The position numbers were made by a program, and so were the translations under genes. The notes beneath the pieces were generated by a model. It was not told the origin of the DNA and did no database searches. It was given only the letters and a program-made list of their open reading frames with translations. Source: an uncultured delta proteobacterium (GTDB taxonomy: Bacteria; Myxococcota_A; Polyangia; Haliangiales; Haliangiaceae). From it: a DNA stretch of 64,000 nucleotides. The stretch lies in assembly GCA_963848295.1 (NCBI GenBank), contig CAWKDB010000010.1, forward strand, positions 800,001 through 864,000. Direction: 5' to 3'. This document shows, in pieces, positions 1-9,319 of the stretch. The number at the start of each line of letters is the position of its first letter. Position 1 is the first letter of the stretch.

Positions 1-1262
1 GCCACGGACGGACGCCGCTGATCGAAGCCGCGGAGCAAGGTCGGCCCGATCTCGTCCAGCTGCTGATCGCTCACGGTGCCGATGTCAACGCCCGCGAGAC
101 GTTCAGCGCGACGACGGCGCTGATGGAAGCGGCGGCCTCCGACCGCGCCGCGCCGTCGGTGATCGACGCGCTGCTCGCGGCCGGTGCGAAGGTCGCCGTG
201 CGCGATGACGAAGACGCGAGCGCGATCACGTGGGCGTTGCGCCGCGGCGAGCTCGGGCTCGCGACCGCGATCAAGGTGCACGATCCGGCGCACGGCCCCG
301 ATCGCAACCCGGTGTCTCGCGCGGAGGGTGCGCTCGTCGGCGCGGGCAACACGACGCGAGCCGCGCTCGATCGCGCGATCCGGTTGCTCGAGCGCAGCCA
401 GCCGGCCTTCCGCGAGCGCGCTGGATGTCCGTCGTGTCATCACGACGCGCTGCCCGCGATGGCGATCGCTCGTGCCGGCGCACGCGGCATCGCGATCGAT
501 CGCGACGCGCAGTTGACCGAGATGCGCGCGACCGCGGCGGCCCTCCGGCCGCACCGCGACGAGTACGTCGAGGGCGAGGGCTTCGCCGATATCCTCGAGC
601 CGGCGTACTTGCTCGTCGGGCTCGACGCGAGCGGTTATCCGCGCGACGACCTCACCGACGCGATGACGCGCTACCTCGAGCTCCAGCAACGCGATGACGG
701 CGGCTGGCGGACGTGGATGCAACGCATCCCGATCGATGGCAGCGACGTCACGCTCACCGCGCTCGCGATCCGCGCGATCACGCGTTACGCCCTGCCCGGC
801 CGCACCGCCGACACCACGGCGCGAGTCCTGCGCGCGCGCGACTCGCTCGTGCACTCGGTCGCGACCACGACCGAAGACCTGACGTTCAAGGCGCTCGGCC
901 TGCGCTGGACCGGCGCGATCGGCGACGACCTCGCGACCACGCTCGCGACGCTGGCCGCGACTCAGCGCGACGACGGCGGGTTCGCGCAGCGCAGCGGGCT
1001 CGCGAGCGATGCCTACGCGACCGGCGAAGCGATCATCGCGCTGCGCGACGCCGGCGGCGTTGCCGCGAACGACCCCGCGATCGTTCGCGCGGTGCGATTT
1101 TTGCTCGCGACGCAGCGAACCGACGGCAGCTGGTTCGTCGCGACGCGCGCGCTGCGGTTTCAGCCGTTCCTCGACAGCGGCTTCCCTCAGGGTCGATCGC
1201 AGTACAGCTCTGCGGCGGGCACCGCGTGGGCCGCGATGGCGCTCGCCGCCACGACCGAATAG
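1..1262 (+). CDS. Ankyrin-repeat protein fused to a prenyltransferase/squalene-hopene-cyclase-like repeat domain with a CxxCH motif (5'-truncated by window edge)
   Basis: Frame is open from the window start (HGRTPLIEAAEQGRPDLVQLLIAHGADVNA = ankyrin repeat); CPSCHH; QW-like repeats QQRDDGGW, TQRDDGGF, TQRTDGSW. Confidence 0.75.
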   Translation, partial: HGRTPLIEAAEQGRPDLVQLLIAHGADVNARETFSATTALMEAAASDRAAPSVIDALLAAGAKVAVRDDEDASAITWALRRGELGLATAIKVHDPAHGPDRNPVSRAEGALVGAGNTTRAALDRAIRLLERSQPAFRERAGCPSCHHDALPAMAIARAGARGIAIDRDAQLTEMRATAAALRPHRDEYVEGEGFADILEPAYLLVGLDASGYPRDDLTDAMTRYLELQQRDDGGWRTWMQRIPIDGSDVTLTALAIRAITRYALPGRTADTTARVLRARDSLVHSVATTTEDLTFKALGLRWTGAIGDDLATTLATLAATQRDDGGFAQRSGLASDAYATGEAIIALRDAGGVAANDPAIVRAVRFLLATQRTDGSWFVATRALRFQPFLDSGFPQGRSQYSSAAGTAWAAMALAATTE

Positions 1263-1269
1263 CCGGATC

Positions 1270-2421
1270 CTAGTGATGCTCTCTTGCCGGCGAGTTGTGT
1301 TGCGGCGCCGCGTGGCTCTCGCTGTGTGCGGGCGGCGGCGCGTGCGGCGGCGGTGCCGCTTGGTGCATCGGCTGTGCGTGCGACGGCGCCGCTTGATGCA
1401 TCGGTTGCGCGCGCGGCGGCGGTGCCGCTTGGTGCATCGGTGGTGCGTGCGGCGGCGGTGCCGCTTGGTGCATCGGCGGCGCGTGCTCGCCGTGCGCAGG
1501 CGGCGGCGTGTGGGTCTCGGCATGGGCTCCGACCGTCACGCGCGCATCGACCCTCGCGCGGATCTCGGGATGGGTCTGGACCACCTTGGTCTGCATCGTG
1601 TTGATCCTGACGTTCGCCTGCACGCGGTGCTGGTTCTCGACCTCGAACGTCGCCTTGTGCTCCTGGGCATGCGCGACCTGGGCGTGGACCTCGGTCGGCG
1701 TCCACCGGCCGACGACGTGCACATCCGCGCGGACCGGCCGCACGTTGATCTGGTGCGCGACCAGCATCGAGTGCGGCGGACCGACGACGACGCGCGCGTT
1801 GCTCACGGTCGAGTAGTGCTCGATCGGCCGCGCCTCGCGATGGATCGCGATGACGCGCTCGCGTGGCTCGTAGTAGCGGTTGACGTTGACGTCGAGGATG
1901 TGGCCGGCGCCGCAGTAGTGCCACGACTCGATCGGCGGTTGATAGCCGACGCGAACGAAGCCCTCGGGCGCGAGCGGCGCCCAGCCGAAGTGCGTGCCGG
2001 TCTGCCGCCACTCGACCCACGCCGGGCCCCACTGCGTGTCCGGCGCCCACACCCAGCGATTGTACGAATTCGAGTACGCCCAGCGACCGTAGTGCGACGT
2101 CGCCCAACCGAACGGCGAGGCCGACACCCACACGAACCCGAGGCTCGTGTATTGCCAGTGACCGTTGGTGTACGGCACGAAGCCGTCTTGTTGCGGGATG
2201 AACACGCGCCCGGCGTCGGGCTCGTCGACCCACATGCCGTACGGCGAGAGCTGGTCGTAGAACACGTCGACCGAGTCGACCGGATCGCCAGGCGCGGTCG
2301 CGTCATACGCGTCATCGCCGCCGTCGGCGACTCCAACGTTGACGTCGATCCCGGGTTGCGCGACTGCCACGGCGGGCAACGCGGTGAACAACACTCCCAA
2401 CAACAGCTTGCCAATTCGCAT
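1270..2421 (-). CDS. Secreted DUF6600-like (Trp/Gly-rich) protein with Pro/His-rich tail
   Basis: Signal peptide MRIGKLLLGVLFTALPAVAVA; FYDQLSPYGMWV, PYTNGHWQYT, PFGWATSHYGRW, WGPAWVEWR motifs. Confidence 0.75.
   Translation of the reverse strand: MRIGKLLLGVLFTALPAVAVAQPGIDVNVGVADGGDDAYDATAPGDPVDSVDVFYDQLSPYGMWVDEPDAGRVFIPQQDGFVPYTNGHWQYTSLGFVWVSASPFGWATSHYGRWAYSNSYNRWVWAPDTQWGPAWVEWRQTGTHFGWAPLAPEGFVRVGYQPPIESWHYCGAGHILDVNVNRYYEPRERVIAIHREARPIEHYSTVSNARVVVGPPHSMLVAHQINVRPVRADVHVVGRWTPTEVHAQVAHAQEHKATFEVENQHRVQANVRINTMQTKVVQTHPEIRARVDARVTVGAHAETHTPPPAHGEHAPPMHQAAPPPHAPPMHQAAPPPRAQPMHQAAPSHAQPMHQAAPPPHAPPPAHSESHAAPQHNSPAREHH
1329..1510 (-). repeat. Coding tandem repeat, ~33-36 bp, 4 copies (PMHQAAPPPHAP)
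   Basis: Repeated gccgcttg(g/a)tgcatcgg on the + strand. Confidence 0.85.
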
Positions 2422-2433
2422 GGCCGGATCATC

Positions 2434-2449
2434 AGCAAGTGCCACGCCA
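2434..2449 (-). promoter_or_regulatory. Putative sigma54 -24/-12 promoter
   Basis: TGGCGTGGCACTTGCT (GG-N10-GC); 13 nt between GC and the ATG at 2421. Confidence 0.6.
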
Positions 2450-2516
2450 CTGCAAGCCGCAGCGCGCGCAGATCGCTAACCGTGCGAACTGACTACGCCG
2501 GCCCGGTCGCGGAGAT

Positions 2517-4598
2517 CTACGGTCTGCCAACCGACGCGAAGTAGTTGCGCAGGATCGTCGTCTCGGTGTTCACGGCCGCGAGCGAGCTCTTGCCCTCGCC
2601 CGCGTTGATCGCGACGTCGAGCTTCGTGATGCACTGCGGGCAAGGCAGCTTCGCGATGTGCGGCAGCGCGAGCAGGATGCTCTGGCGAGTGGTCGGATCC
2701 GTGGTCGCGGCCGCGTCGAGCAGCGCGTCGGTATACGAGCTCGCGCTCGCGCCTTGCTTGCCGAGCTCGAGCATCGCGCGCTCGATCGCAGCGGCGACGA
2801 GGCCGCGCTTGTCGTCGTCGGACCAGGTCGCCGCGTCGGGGATGTACTTCGCGACGTTCGCGATCTCCTCGTCGGGCTGGAGCGCGAGGCTCGCCGCGTA
2901 GCACGCGCCATCGTCCTTGCAGCGCAGCGCGATCTCGATGCGCGCGATGTGGCTCTCCAGCATCCGGGCGTACGACAGGTACGCCTTGGCCGCGTCATCG
3001 GCACGCTTGAACGGTGCAACCAGGACCTGTTGCTGCTTCCTCGCCGCTTTGAAATCGTCCTGGAGCTTCTCGAGCGTCGCGTGGTCCGGGCTCTTGGCCT
3101 TCGCCGCGTCGAAGGCCGCTCGCTTAGCGGCGAACGTAGCGTCCGCGGCGTCGGCCGCGTGCTTCGCGGCGGCCGCTCGAGTCGCTTGCTTTGCCGATGC
3201 GTCGAGCTGGGGCTGCGCGAGCTTGTGAAACGTCGCGATGTCTTTCGCATCGCGCGAGATCCGCGCGAGCGCGGTCGCCGCTTCCATCCGGAGGTCATCA
3301 TCGCCGGCGCTGCCGAGCGCGAGCGCGGCGAGCTTGTCGGTGCCGGTGGCGTCACGCGTCACGAACGGGTAGACACTGAGCGCCAGGATCGTATCCGGAT
3401 CGGCCGGCTTGCCCTTGACCCAGTGCTCGCGCACCGGCACCGCAGCCAAGGGCGAGCCGATCTTGCGAAGCGCATCGAACAGCGCGGTGTGCTGGGTCGT
3501 GCCACTCGGCTGATCATCAGCGTAGTACTGCGGCTCGGCCGGACGCTTCAGCGCAGCGAGCAGATCCGGCACGCTCGCCGGGTCGCGAAGATCGCCGAGC
3601 ACGACCGCGGGGTAGAAGTCCTTGGCCGAGACCGGCAGGCAGCTCGCCCCGGTATACTCGCCGTGGTCGCCGCAATATCGGTCGAGGTGCTGGGTCGCAA
3701 ACAGCGCGTTGACGTCGGCGTCGGTGCCGCGCAGCGCCGCGACTAGCACGGCTTGCGCAGCCGGCCCGATCGCGACCAGTGCGCGCCGGCTCATCATCAT
3801 CAGCTCCGGCGACCGATACATCGCGAGCACGAGCGGCTTCGCGGCGCTCGCGGCACGCAGCTCACCCAGCGCGTTGATCGCGGCGCCCGTCGTCTGCAGG
3901 AACATCATGTAACCGTCGACGGAGCCGCGGGCCATCGCCGGGTCCTTCACGGTCCTCGGATCGGGCGGCGGCTCGCGCGAGATCACTCCGACCAGCGCCG
4001 CCGTCGCCCGATCCGCGCCGTCGGCGGAGAACTTGCCGAGCGCACGCAGCGCGGTGACGTGAAGCGCGATCAGGTGCTTGGTCGGAGCCTTGCCGACGAC
4101 GGCGAGCAACGCATCGAGCCCGGCGGGCAGCCTCGCCTCGCCGAGCGCTTTGGCCGCTTCCGTCGCGCTGTCGATCGAGCGCGGGTTCCCGTCGTCGGCG
4201 TCGGCGATCACCTTGGCAAGGAACGGCACTGCCTGGTCCCAGCTCGCCGGCCGGCCCTCGGTCTCGTAGGTGACGAAGTAGCCCTGCTTCGCCTGCTCGG
4301 GCGTCAGCGGGCGCGCCAGCGCGGTGACGAGCTCGACGACCCGCGCCGGCCTGCCGAGCTCGACCCAGGCATCGGCGAGCGGCTGGATCGCCGCCGGATC
4401 GCCGATCTGTTCGAGCACGGAGACCGCGCGCTCCGACATCCGCGGATCCTTGAGCTTCGGAATCCAGGTCTTCGCGGCGAACGGGTCCTCGCCGCCCGAG
4501 CCAGAGCCACGAGCCGCGCTCCCGGTCGTGGCCGGCGCCGCCGACTCCTTCGTTCCACAAGACGCAATGACGAGAGCGAGAGCGAGCACGTCGCGCAT
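2517..4598 (-). CDS. HEAT-repeat (alpha-solenoid) lipoprotein
   Basis: Lipobox LVIASC; repeated AAxALG/ALRALG/AINALG helical motifs. Confidence 0.7.
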   Translation of the reverse strand: MRDVLALALVIASCGTKESAAPATTGSAARGSGSGGEDPFAAKTWIPKLKDPRMSERAVSVLEQIGDPAAIQPLADAWVELGRPARVVELVTALARPLTPEQAKQGYFVTYETEGRPASWDQAVPFLAKVIADADDGNPRSIDSATEAAKALGEARLPAGLDALLAVVGKAPTKHLIALHVTALRALGKFSADGADRATAALVGVISREPPPDPRTVKDPAMARGSVDGYMMFLQTTGAAINALGELRAASAAKPLVLAMYRSPELMMMSRRALVAIGPAAQAVLVAALRGTDADVNALFATQHLDRYCGDHGEYTGASCLPVSAKDFYPAVVLGDLRDPASVPDLLAALKRPAEPQYYADDQPSGTTQHTALFDALRKIGSPLAAVPVREHWVKGKPADPDTILALSVYPFVTRDATGTDKLAALALGSAGDDDLRMEAATALARISRDAKDIATFHKLAQPQLDASAKQATRAAAAKHAADAADATFAAKRAAFDAAKAKSPDHATLEKLQDDFKAARKQQQVLVAPFKRADDAAKAYLSYARMLESHIARIEIALRCKDDGACYAASLALQPDEEIANVAKYIPDAATWSDDDKRGLVAAAIERAMLELGKQGASASSYTDALLDAAATTDPTTRQSILLALPHIAKLPCPQCITKLDVAINAGEGKSSLAAVNTETTILRNYFASVGRP

Positions 4599-4645
4599 CG
4601 CGCGAAGCTACTACGTGTTACGACACGCGGGATGAGCTGGTCGCG

Positions 4646-5308
4646 ATGAAGAAGCTCGCGTTCCATCCCCTCGATCCGCGCAGCGCGCGCGCCCGCCTCG
4701 TGCTCGCGGCGGCGCTCGGCGTCGTGGCGTGGTTCGTCGAGCCGGCGCGGTTCGCCGCATCGACGCGCGCGGTGATGGCGTGGGACGCCTCGGGCCTGAC
4801 GCTGCTCGTGCTCGGCGTCTTGATCTCGCGGACGACGCCGGAAGGCACGCGCCGCCGCGCCGCCGCACGCGATCCTGGCCGCACGGTCGTCTGGCTCGTC
4901 GTACTCGCGGCGAGCGTGGTCAGCTTGTTCGCCGCCACCGTCGTCGTGCGCGGGTCGAACGACCTGCCTGCTGCCGAGGGACGCCTCGTGCTCGTGCTGA
5001 GCGTCGCGACCGTGTTGATCTCGTGGCTGCTCACCCACACCGCGTTCACGCTGCGCTACGCCCACTTGTACTACCGCGGCGGTCTCGACGACGAAGGCGG
5101 GCTCGATTTCCCCGGCGGTGCCAAGCCGGACGACTACGACTTCGCGTACTTCGCGTTCACGATCGGCATGTGCTTCCAGGTCTCGGACATCACGATCTCG
5201 AATCGCATCGTGCGCCGCACCGTGCTCGCCCACGCGTTCCTGTCGTTCCTCTACAATACGGTCGTGCTCGCGCTCGTCGTCAACCTGATCGTCGGCCACG
5301 CGAGCTAG
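4646..5308 (+). CDS. DUF1345 family membrane protein
   Basis: TM helices; HTAFTLRYAHLYY, GLDFPG, PDDYDFAYFAFTIGMCFQVSD signature. Confidence 0.85.
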   Translation: MKKLAFHPLDPRSARARLVLAAALGVVAWFVEPARFAASTRAVMAWDASGLTLLVLGVLISRTTPEGTRRRAAARDPGRTVVWLVVLAASVVSLFAATVVVRGSNDLPAAEGRLVLVLSVATVLISWLLTHTAFTLRYAHLYYRGGLDDEGGLDFPGGAKPDDYDFAYFAFTIGMCFQVSDITISNRIVRRTVLAHAFLSFLYNTVVLALVVNLIVGHAS

Positions 5309-5316
5309 GCAACTCG

Positions 5317-6372
5317 ATGATCTTTCGCCAGCTCTTCGATCAGGGTTCGAGCACGTACACGTACCTGCTCGCCGACGAGCAGACCCGCGACGCGGTGCTG
5401 ATCGATCCGGTGTTCGAACAGCACCTGCGCGACGCGGCGTTGCTGCGCGAGCTCGGGCTCGCCCTGCGCTACACGCTCGATACGCACTGCCATGCCGATC
5501 ATGTCACCGGTGCGTGGCTGATGAAGGCGGCGATGGGTAGCGAGATCGCGCTGTCGGCGGTGTACGCCGCCGAGCACGTCGACCGCCCGCTCGGCCACGG
5601 CGACACGATCCGCTTCGGCGACTGTTCGCTCGAGGTTCGCGCGACGCCGGGCCACACCGCCGGATGCCTGACGTTCGTCACCGCCGATCACACGACCGCG
5701 TTCACCGGCGATGCGCTGCTCGTGCGCGGTGCCGGCCGCACCGATTTCCAGCAGGGCGACGCCCGCACGTTGTTCCGCTCGATTCACGACCAGCTGTTCA
5801 CGCTCGATGACACTTGCGCGGTCTATCCAGGTCACGATTACGAAGGCCGCACCGCGACGACGATCGGCGAGGAGCGCCGCCACAATCCGCGGATCGGCGG
5901 CGGCGCGCGCGAAGAGGACTTCGTCGGCTACATGACGAACCTCGGCCTGCCTCATCCGAAGCAACTCGCGATCGCGTTGCCGGCGAACCTGCGCGCCGGA
6001 CAGCCCGAGGGCGGCGGCGGCCCGCTGGTCGCGAGCTGGGGCCCGGTGGTCGTGACGTACGCCGGGATGCGAGACATCGCGGCGGAGTGGGTCGCGACCC
6101 ATCGCGACGAGGTGCACGTCCTCGATGTCCGCAGCGGTCCGGAATTCTCCGGCGACCTCGGTCACGTCCATGGCTCGCAATTGATCCCGCTCGACGAGCT
6201 GCGCACGCGCCTCGCCGAGGTCCCGACTGATCGGCCGGTCGTCGTCGTGTGCCAGACCGGCGCGCGCTCGGCGATGGGCGCGACGATCCTCGCGAAGGCC
6301 GGAGTGGACCGCGTCGCGAGCCTCGCCGGCGGGATGATCCGGTGGCGCGAGCTCGGGCTGCCTCGCGAGTAG
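5317..6372 (+). CDS. Persulfide dioxygenase (ETHE1-like MBL fold) fused to a C-terminal rhodanese domain
   Basis: MIFRQLFD..SSTYTYLL, THCHADHVTG, TPGHT, FTGDALL.RG.GRTDFQ, YPGHDY; rhodanese VLDVRS and CQTGARS. Confidence 0.9.
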   Translation: MIFRQLFDQGSSTYTYLLADEQTRDAVLIDPVFEQHLRDAALLRELGLALRYTLDTHCHADHVTGAWLMKAAMGSEIALSAVYAAEHVDRPLGHGDTIRFGDCSLEVRATPGHTAGCLTFVTADHTTAFTGDALLVRGAGRTDFQQGDARTLFRSIHDQLFTLDDTCAVYPGHDYEGRTATTIGEERRHNPRIGGGAREEDFVGYMTNLGLPHPKQLAIALPANLRAGQPEGGGGPLVASWGPVVVTYAGMRDIAAEWVATHRDEVHVLDVRSGPEFSGDLGHVHGSQLIPLDELRTRLAEVPTDRPVVVVCQTGARSAMGATILAKAGVDRVASLAGGMIRWRELGLPRE

Positions 6373-7356
6373 TCAGCGCAGTCGGATCAAGCGCGCGACG
6401 CCGAGCGTCGCCGATAGCTCGAGCCGCGAGTCCGAGTCGCCGAGGCGATGCTCGCCGGCCGCGAGGTCGAACGTGAACGCCCAGCGCGGGCTCATCGCGA
6501 ACCAGATCCCGGCGCGCCCCGTCGCGGTCCAGCCGGTCGCGTCCCACGGCGTGTAGCCCGCGAGCGCGGTCAGCTGCACTGCGGCGAGGCCACCCGCGAA
6601 CGGCTGTCGCAACACGACCGCGGCGTCGAGATCGAGCGGTGCCTGCCGCGGCTCGAAGCCGAGCCACGGTCCGACGAGGACGTGGTCGCCGAGCGGAAAC
6701 AACGCGCCGAGCGCCGCGATGCCGGTGCCGTGGCTCACGCCGCTTTCGCGGATCGCGCCGCCGCCGAGCTCGAGCCGGATCTGCGCGCGATCGACGGCCG
6801 CGAACCCGGGCGCTGCGGCGGCCTCGCCCGCGGTGCCGAGGGTGCGATCGAGGATCGCGAGCAGCTCGGGCGCGCCGACGCGATCATCTTTGACCGACGC
6901 GATCTTGCGATAGGCGATCCGACCGTCGCGGCCGATCACGGTGACACCGGGCAGCGCCGCCGAATCCGACGACATCCCGGCGTACGCTCGCGACACCGCG
7001 CCATCGGCGTCCGATAGCAGCGGAAACCAGATCCCGAGGTCGGCCGCGAACGCGCGCGAATCCTCGGGAGCGTCGAGGCTGATCGCGAGCAGCGTCACGC
7101 CGCGCGTGCGGAACGCCGCTTGGTTACGAGCCAGCTCGCCGAGCTGGTACTTGCACCACGGTCACCAATAGCCGCGATAGAACACGAGCGCGACCGGACC
7201 GTGCGCGAGCTCGTCGCCGAGCGTCACCGTGTGGCCATCCTGCGCCGGCAGGGCGAACGGCGGCGCGACCGAGCCGACCGTGACGGTCGCGGTCGACACG
7301 ACGTGCAAGGACGTCACACAACCGGAGGCGGCAAGAGCGTAAAGGGCGGTGCGCAC
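6373..7356 (-). CDS. Putative selenoprotein: lipoprotein AhpC/TSA (peroxiredoxin-like) domain with UxxC plus a C-terminal beta-barrel-like domain
   Basis: ORFs 7162-7356 and 6373-7098 share a frame; reading through TGA at 7164-7162 gives VALVFYRGYW-U-PWCKYQLGEL; hairpin 14 nt downstream; lipobox LAASGC. Confidence 0.85.
7131..7147 (-). promoter_or_regulatory. Putative bacterial SECIS hairpin
   Basis: CCAGCUC-GGC-GAGCUGG perfect 7-bp stem; G-initial apical loop begins 21 nt after the UGA. Confidence 0.7.
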
Positions 7357-7386
7357 GCGATCAGTGTCTCACGTGATCGACGCCGG

Positions 7387-9279
7387 CTAACGCGCGAGCG
7401 CGGTGCGGATCAGATCCTTCGGTACGGTCGTCGCCGGCGCGCCTTGCGGGAACCAGCTCGCGAGATCGGCGTCGAGCCCGAGGCCGTGCATGTAGTTGTA
7501 GAGCGCCTTGCGCAGGCCCTCGCCGAGCTGCTCGTGGTTCGTGCCGGTCGGGTCGTCGAACGCGAGGTCGTTGCGCGCGAACGTGATCGCGGGCTCGCGA
7601 TGCAAGCGGATGCCATAGAGCTCGGGCTGCTTGCCGATCGGGCTGTGCGCGGTCGCGGCGAAGCGATGCCAGAACGCCGATTGCACGCAGCCGGCTTCGA
7701 ACAGCTGGCGGACGCGTTCGAGCGAGTCGATCGTCTCCTGCGTGGTCTCGGTCGGAAAGCCGTACATCAAGTACGCGTGGACCATCACGCCGGCGTCGCT
7801 GAACGCGCGCGTGACCCGCGCGACCTGTTCGACCGTGACGCCCTTATCGATCAGGGCGAGCAGGCGATCCGAGGCGACCTCGAGGCCGCCGCTCACCGCG
7901 ACGCAGCCGGAGCGCGCGAGCAACGCCGCGAGCTCGGGCGTGAACGTCTTCTCGAACCGGATGTTGCCCCACCACGTGATCACGACGCCGCGCGCGATCA
8001 GCCGCTCGGCGAGCGAGCGCAACCCGGCGGGCGGCGCCGCTTCGTCGACGAAGTGAAACCCGGTCTGCCCGGTCTCCGCGACGATCGCCTCGATCCGATC
8101 GACGAGCAGGTCGGCGTGCACCGGATCGTAGCGCGCGATGTAATCGAGCGTGACGTCGCAGAACGTGCACTTCTTCCAGTAACAGCCGTGCGCGATCGTG
8201 AGCTTGTTCCACCGGCCGTCGGACCACAGCCGATGCATCGGGTTCAGCATCTCGAATAAGTTCAGGTAGCGGTCAAGCTGTAGCCCAGCGTAGGTCGGCG
8301 TTCCGGCGTCGCGCAGCGGCACGTCGTGAGCGGCGTCGTCGGTGCGTAGCTCGACGCGATCGCCGGCGCGCACGAACGTGCGAAACAACGGCTTGGCTGG
8401 ATCGCGCAGGTGATCGATCAACGCGAGCAGCGGCCGCTCCCCGTCGTCGAGCGTGATGTAGTCGACGTAGTCGAACACGCGCGGATCGGAGAGCTCGCGT
8501 AGCTCGGTGTTCACGAACCCGCCGCCGATCGCGATCCGGACGTGCGACGCCACCGCCTTGATCGCGCGCGCGATGCGGAACGCTCCGTAGACGTTGCCGG
8601 GAAACGGCACGGTCAGGCCGACGAGCTCCGGCTCGTGCTCGGCGTAGAGCTCGCGCGCGATCTCGTCGAGCGTTCCGTCGACGATCGTCGGCTCGCCTTC
8701 GAGCTCGTCGTGCAGCGCGTCGAACGTCGGCGCGCTCGCGGCCAGGTGCTCGCCGTAACGCGACAGCTCGAAGTGCGGCTGGATCCCTTCGCGCACGACG
8801 TCGGCGAGATCGTCGATGTACAGGCTCGCGAGGTGCTTCGCGCGGTCCGCGACGCCGAGCGCGCCGAACGCCCAGCCGAGCGGATCCGCGGCGCCGCGCG
8901 CGATCGCCGCGAACCGCGGGCCTTCGGGCAAGAACGCTCGCGTCGCGATCCGCATCGCGATCGCCGGGTCGCGCCCCTGCAAGAACGCGACGACCGCGTC
9001 GATCGTCTCGACGTAGCGCGCGGCATTCGGCAAGAAGCTCGCGATCGATTGCGGCGGCGCTTCGTCGACGTCGTCGGCGCGCTCCGCGAGCTCGGCCGCG
9101 ATCGCTTCGATCCCTTCGCGCGAGAACACGCGCAGGAACAGCTCGATCGCCGGATCGGCCTGGCGGACGTCGAGCCCGCGCGCCTCGGCGTGCTGGCGCA
9201 GGAACCCGGTCAAGTACGCCGTCGCGGGATACGGCGTGTTGAGCTGCGTCATCGGCGGCGTGAGGAGAAGGATGCGCAA
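7387..9279 (-). CDS. B12-binding-domain radical SAM protein
   Basis: RILLLTPPMTQLNTPYPATAYL N-terminus; GCYWKKCTFC cluster motif; FHFVDEA; probable TTG start at 9279. Confidence 0.85.
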   Translation of the reverse strand: MRILLLTPPMTQLNTPYPATAYLTGFLRQHAEARGLDVRQADPAIELFLRVFSREGIEAIAAELAERADDVDEAPPQSIASFLPNAARYVETIDAVVAFLQGRDPAIAMRIATRAFLPEGPRFAAIARGAADPLGWAFGALGVADRAKHLASLYIDDLADVVREGIQPHFELSRYGEHLAASAPTFDALHDELEGEPTIVDGTLDEIARELYAEHEPELVGLTVPFPGNVYGAFRIARAIKAVASHVRIAIGGGFVNTELRELSDPRVFDYVDYITLDDGERPLLALIDHLRDPAKPLFRTFVRAGDRVELRTDDAAHDVPLRDAGTPTYAGLQLDRYLNLFEMLNPMHRLWSDGRWNKLTIAHGCYWKKCTFCDVTLDYIARYDPVHADLLVDRIEAIVAETGQTGFHFVDEAAPPAGLRSLAERLIARGVVITWWGNIRFEKTFTPELAALLARSGCVAVSGGLEVASDRLLALIDKGVTVEQVARVTRAFSDAGVMVHAYLMYGFPTETTQETIDSLERVRQLFEAGCVQSAFWHRFAATAHSPIGKQPELYGIRLHREPAITFARNDLAFDDPTGTNHEQLGEGLRKALYNYMHGLGLDADLASWFPQGAPATTVPKDLIRTALAR

Positions 9280-9319
9280 CGCGGGTCCATCGTAGCTGGC
9301 TGAGGTACGGTCGGCCACG

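Noticed and set aside
6373..6375. Second Sec codon at the selenoprotein's terminal UGA
   Set aside because: No Cys-motif context, and readthrough would run antisense into the PDO-rhodanese gene
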